Shown here piece after piece: positions 62,139 through 64,000 of a stretch of 64,000 nt of DNA. How positions within the stretch are numbered: position 1 is the first letter of the stretch; every line of letters starts with the position of its first letter. The notes below the pieces were generated by a model that searched no databases, had not been told where the DNA came from, and saw only the letters and a program-made list of their open reading frames with translations. Both the position numbers and the translations under genes were made by a program. The stretch is from Protoeuglena noctilucae (lineage: Eukaryota). The DNA is taken from the NCBI GenBank assembly GCA_958009085.1, contig OY253668.1, positions 744,001 through 808,000 on the forward strand, written 5' to 3'.

Positions 62139-62394
62139 CCCCAAGCGCATCTGCGCTCGCCCAAGGGCACCGGCTGCCCAGCAGATCCACGAGATGTCGA
62201 GGCAGCGGTGGCCGTCGCCGGAGGGGAGCCCTTCCCTTGGCACACTTTTCGGGCTGGTGCGGCCCTAGGGCAATGACCCCGCGGCCCGCCCGGCGTCTCA
62301 AGAGGGCCCGGCCCCCCCGCCTGCCGGCACAACGCCTTGTCTTGTTGATTCCTTCCACCTCGCCCCCGGCGCCCCTCCTCCCCCCGCCTCTAAC

Positions 62395-64000
62395 ATGCGC
62401 GAGATCGTCCACATCCAGGGTGGCCAGTGCGGCAACCAGATCGGTGCCAAGTTCTGGGAGGTGAGTTTTGCTGCGCGTAGCGTGGGCTTCCGGGGCCCGG
62501 GGAGCGGCGCCCCGGCCTGGGCGGCCCGCTCCCGACGTTCCCAGGCGAACCTGGCCCTTCTCCCTGCTGTCGCGCGCTTCTTGTGCGTCTTTCTCTGCGG
62601 GAGAGCAGCCGGCGCGCGCCCCGGGCGGCCCGGTCGGCCGCGCGGGCCCCTGGGACATGCCGTGCCTCCCCAGCGCGCCGTGCGCGCCGCTGCTCGCCCG
62701 GTCCGGGGAACGCCCGCCCTCCCGCGTCTTTTCTTCTGAGAAGAACCGTCGGAGGGCCATGTATTTTGAATCGGGCGCTGGGGTTGCGCGGGGGCGACTG
62801 CCCAGGCACCGGGCCGTTGCGCGGGCGCCCCGGCCGGGCCTGGCCCTTTCGACGCTGCGCTGCCGCTCCCTCTGTCCCTTTATTTCCGCACGGTGCCGCT
62901 GCGGTGGCCAGGTGCTCGGCATAGCCGGGTGGCTACCGGTGTTATTTTCGTCGCCGACCCGGGGATCCCCCCCGCGCCACCGCCTGCCGCGGTCCGGCTG
63001 CCGTATCGCGGTCTTTCATGCGTGAAGTTTTCACGCTTGAGCCCGGCGGCTTCCTCTTTGCTGCCGTCGCGTTGCTTGGGAGGCCAAAGCACCACCCTGC
63101 ATGCCCCGTGGCGGGCCTCCGAGACCGGTTCCCGACGCCCCGCTGCCCTCCTTCCGTCCAGGTGATCTGCGACGAGCACGGCATCGACCCCACGGGCACC
63201 TACCACGGCGACTCGGATCTGCAGCTCGAGCGCATCAATGTCTACTTCAACGAGGCCTCGGGCGGCCGCTACGTGCCCCGCGCCATTTTGATGGACCTCG
63301 AGCCCGGTACCATGGTGAGAGGCGCTCGCGGGACGGAGGCGCGTTCGGCGCGGGGACCCCGCCGCGGCGATGCATGCGGTGCCACATGTCGCGCCCGCCC
63401 CCCTGTGCAGGACTCGGTCCGCTCGGGCCCCTACGGCCAGATCTTCCGCCCCGATAACTTCGTCTTCGGTCAGACGGGCGCGGGCAACAACTGGGCCAAG
63501 GGCCACTACACGGAGGGCGCCGAGCTGATCGACTCGGTGCTGGACGTGGTGCGCAAGGAGGCCGAGTCCTGCGACTGCCTCCAGGGCTTCCAGGTCTGCC
63601 ACTCGCTCGGCGGCGGCACGGGCTCCGGCATGGGCACGCTGCTCATCTCCAAGATCCGCGAGGAGTACCCCGACCGCATGATGTGCACCTTCTCGGTGGT
63701 GCCGTCGCCCAAGGTGTCCGACACGGTGGTGGAGCCCTACAACGCCACGCTGTCCGTGCACCAGCTGGTCGAGAACGCCGACGAGTGCATGGTGCTCGAT
63801 AACGAGGCCCTGTACGACATCTGCTTCCGCACCCTCAAGCTCACCACGCCCACGTTCGGCGACCTCAACCACCTCATCTCCGCCGTCATGTCGGGCATCA
63901 CGTGCTGCCTGCGCTTCCCCGGTCAGCTCAACGCCGACCTCCGCAAGCTCGCCGTGAACCTCATCCCCTTCCCCCGTCTCCACTTCTTCATGGTGGGCTT
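62395..64000 (+). CDS. TUBB: Beta-tubulin (3' part beyond the window)
   Basis: [31 protein letters not shown]..., [47 protein letters not shown]. Confidence 0.99.

Noticed and set aside
59..63983. Numerous long ORFs in the six-frame track (e.g. 59-997+, 2495-3790+, 15589-16911+, 36921-38216-, 62880-63983-)
   Set aside because: Antisense or off-frame shadows of real genes; stop codons are rare at this GC content.

Overview
Gene-dense, very GC-rich eukaryotic nuclear DNA with many short spliceosomal introns. Gene content (CAB-tailed ferrochelatase, bimodular GTP cyclohydrolase I, bestrophin-like channel, plastid-type ClpB, MORN protein) suggests a green alga; this is an inference and the species cannot be determined. 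About 21 intron-split genes are recognisable: SDE3/MOV10-like helicase, IDI, two tandem MRS2, POP5, CNOT9, a HAD hydrolase, MPV17, ThrRS, a SET/MYND protein, MORN, an MFS transporter, bestrophin, ClpB, EEF1AKMT1, ferrochelatase, GCH1, RMI2, GCP6, beta-tubulin and two unknown proteins. There is also one ~7.25 kb L1/Tx1-type non-LTR retrotransposon. Three things stand out. (1) The LINE's 5' ~1.3 kb is inverted with the hallmarks of twin priming (ORF1 split at a shared ATG, candidate CACAT TSD, poly(A)), and it carries a structured 5'UTR. (2) Two candidate bicistronic loci, RMI2->unknown ORF (14 nt gap) and POP5->MRS2 (33 nt gap), show a leaky-scanning signature. (3) At least 11 introns appear to use GC donors (mostly G|GCGAG). 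Most long ORFs in the supplied six-frame track are GC-rich shadow frames. Exon boundaries were read by eye, and some N-termini are approximate.
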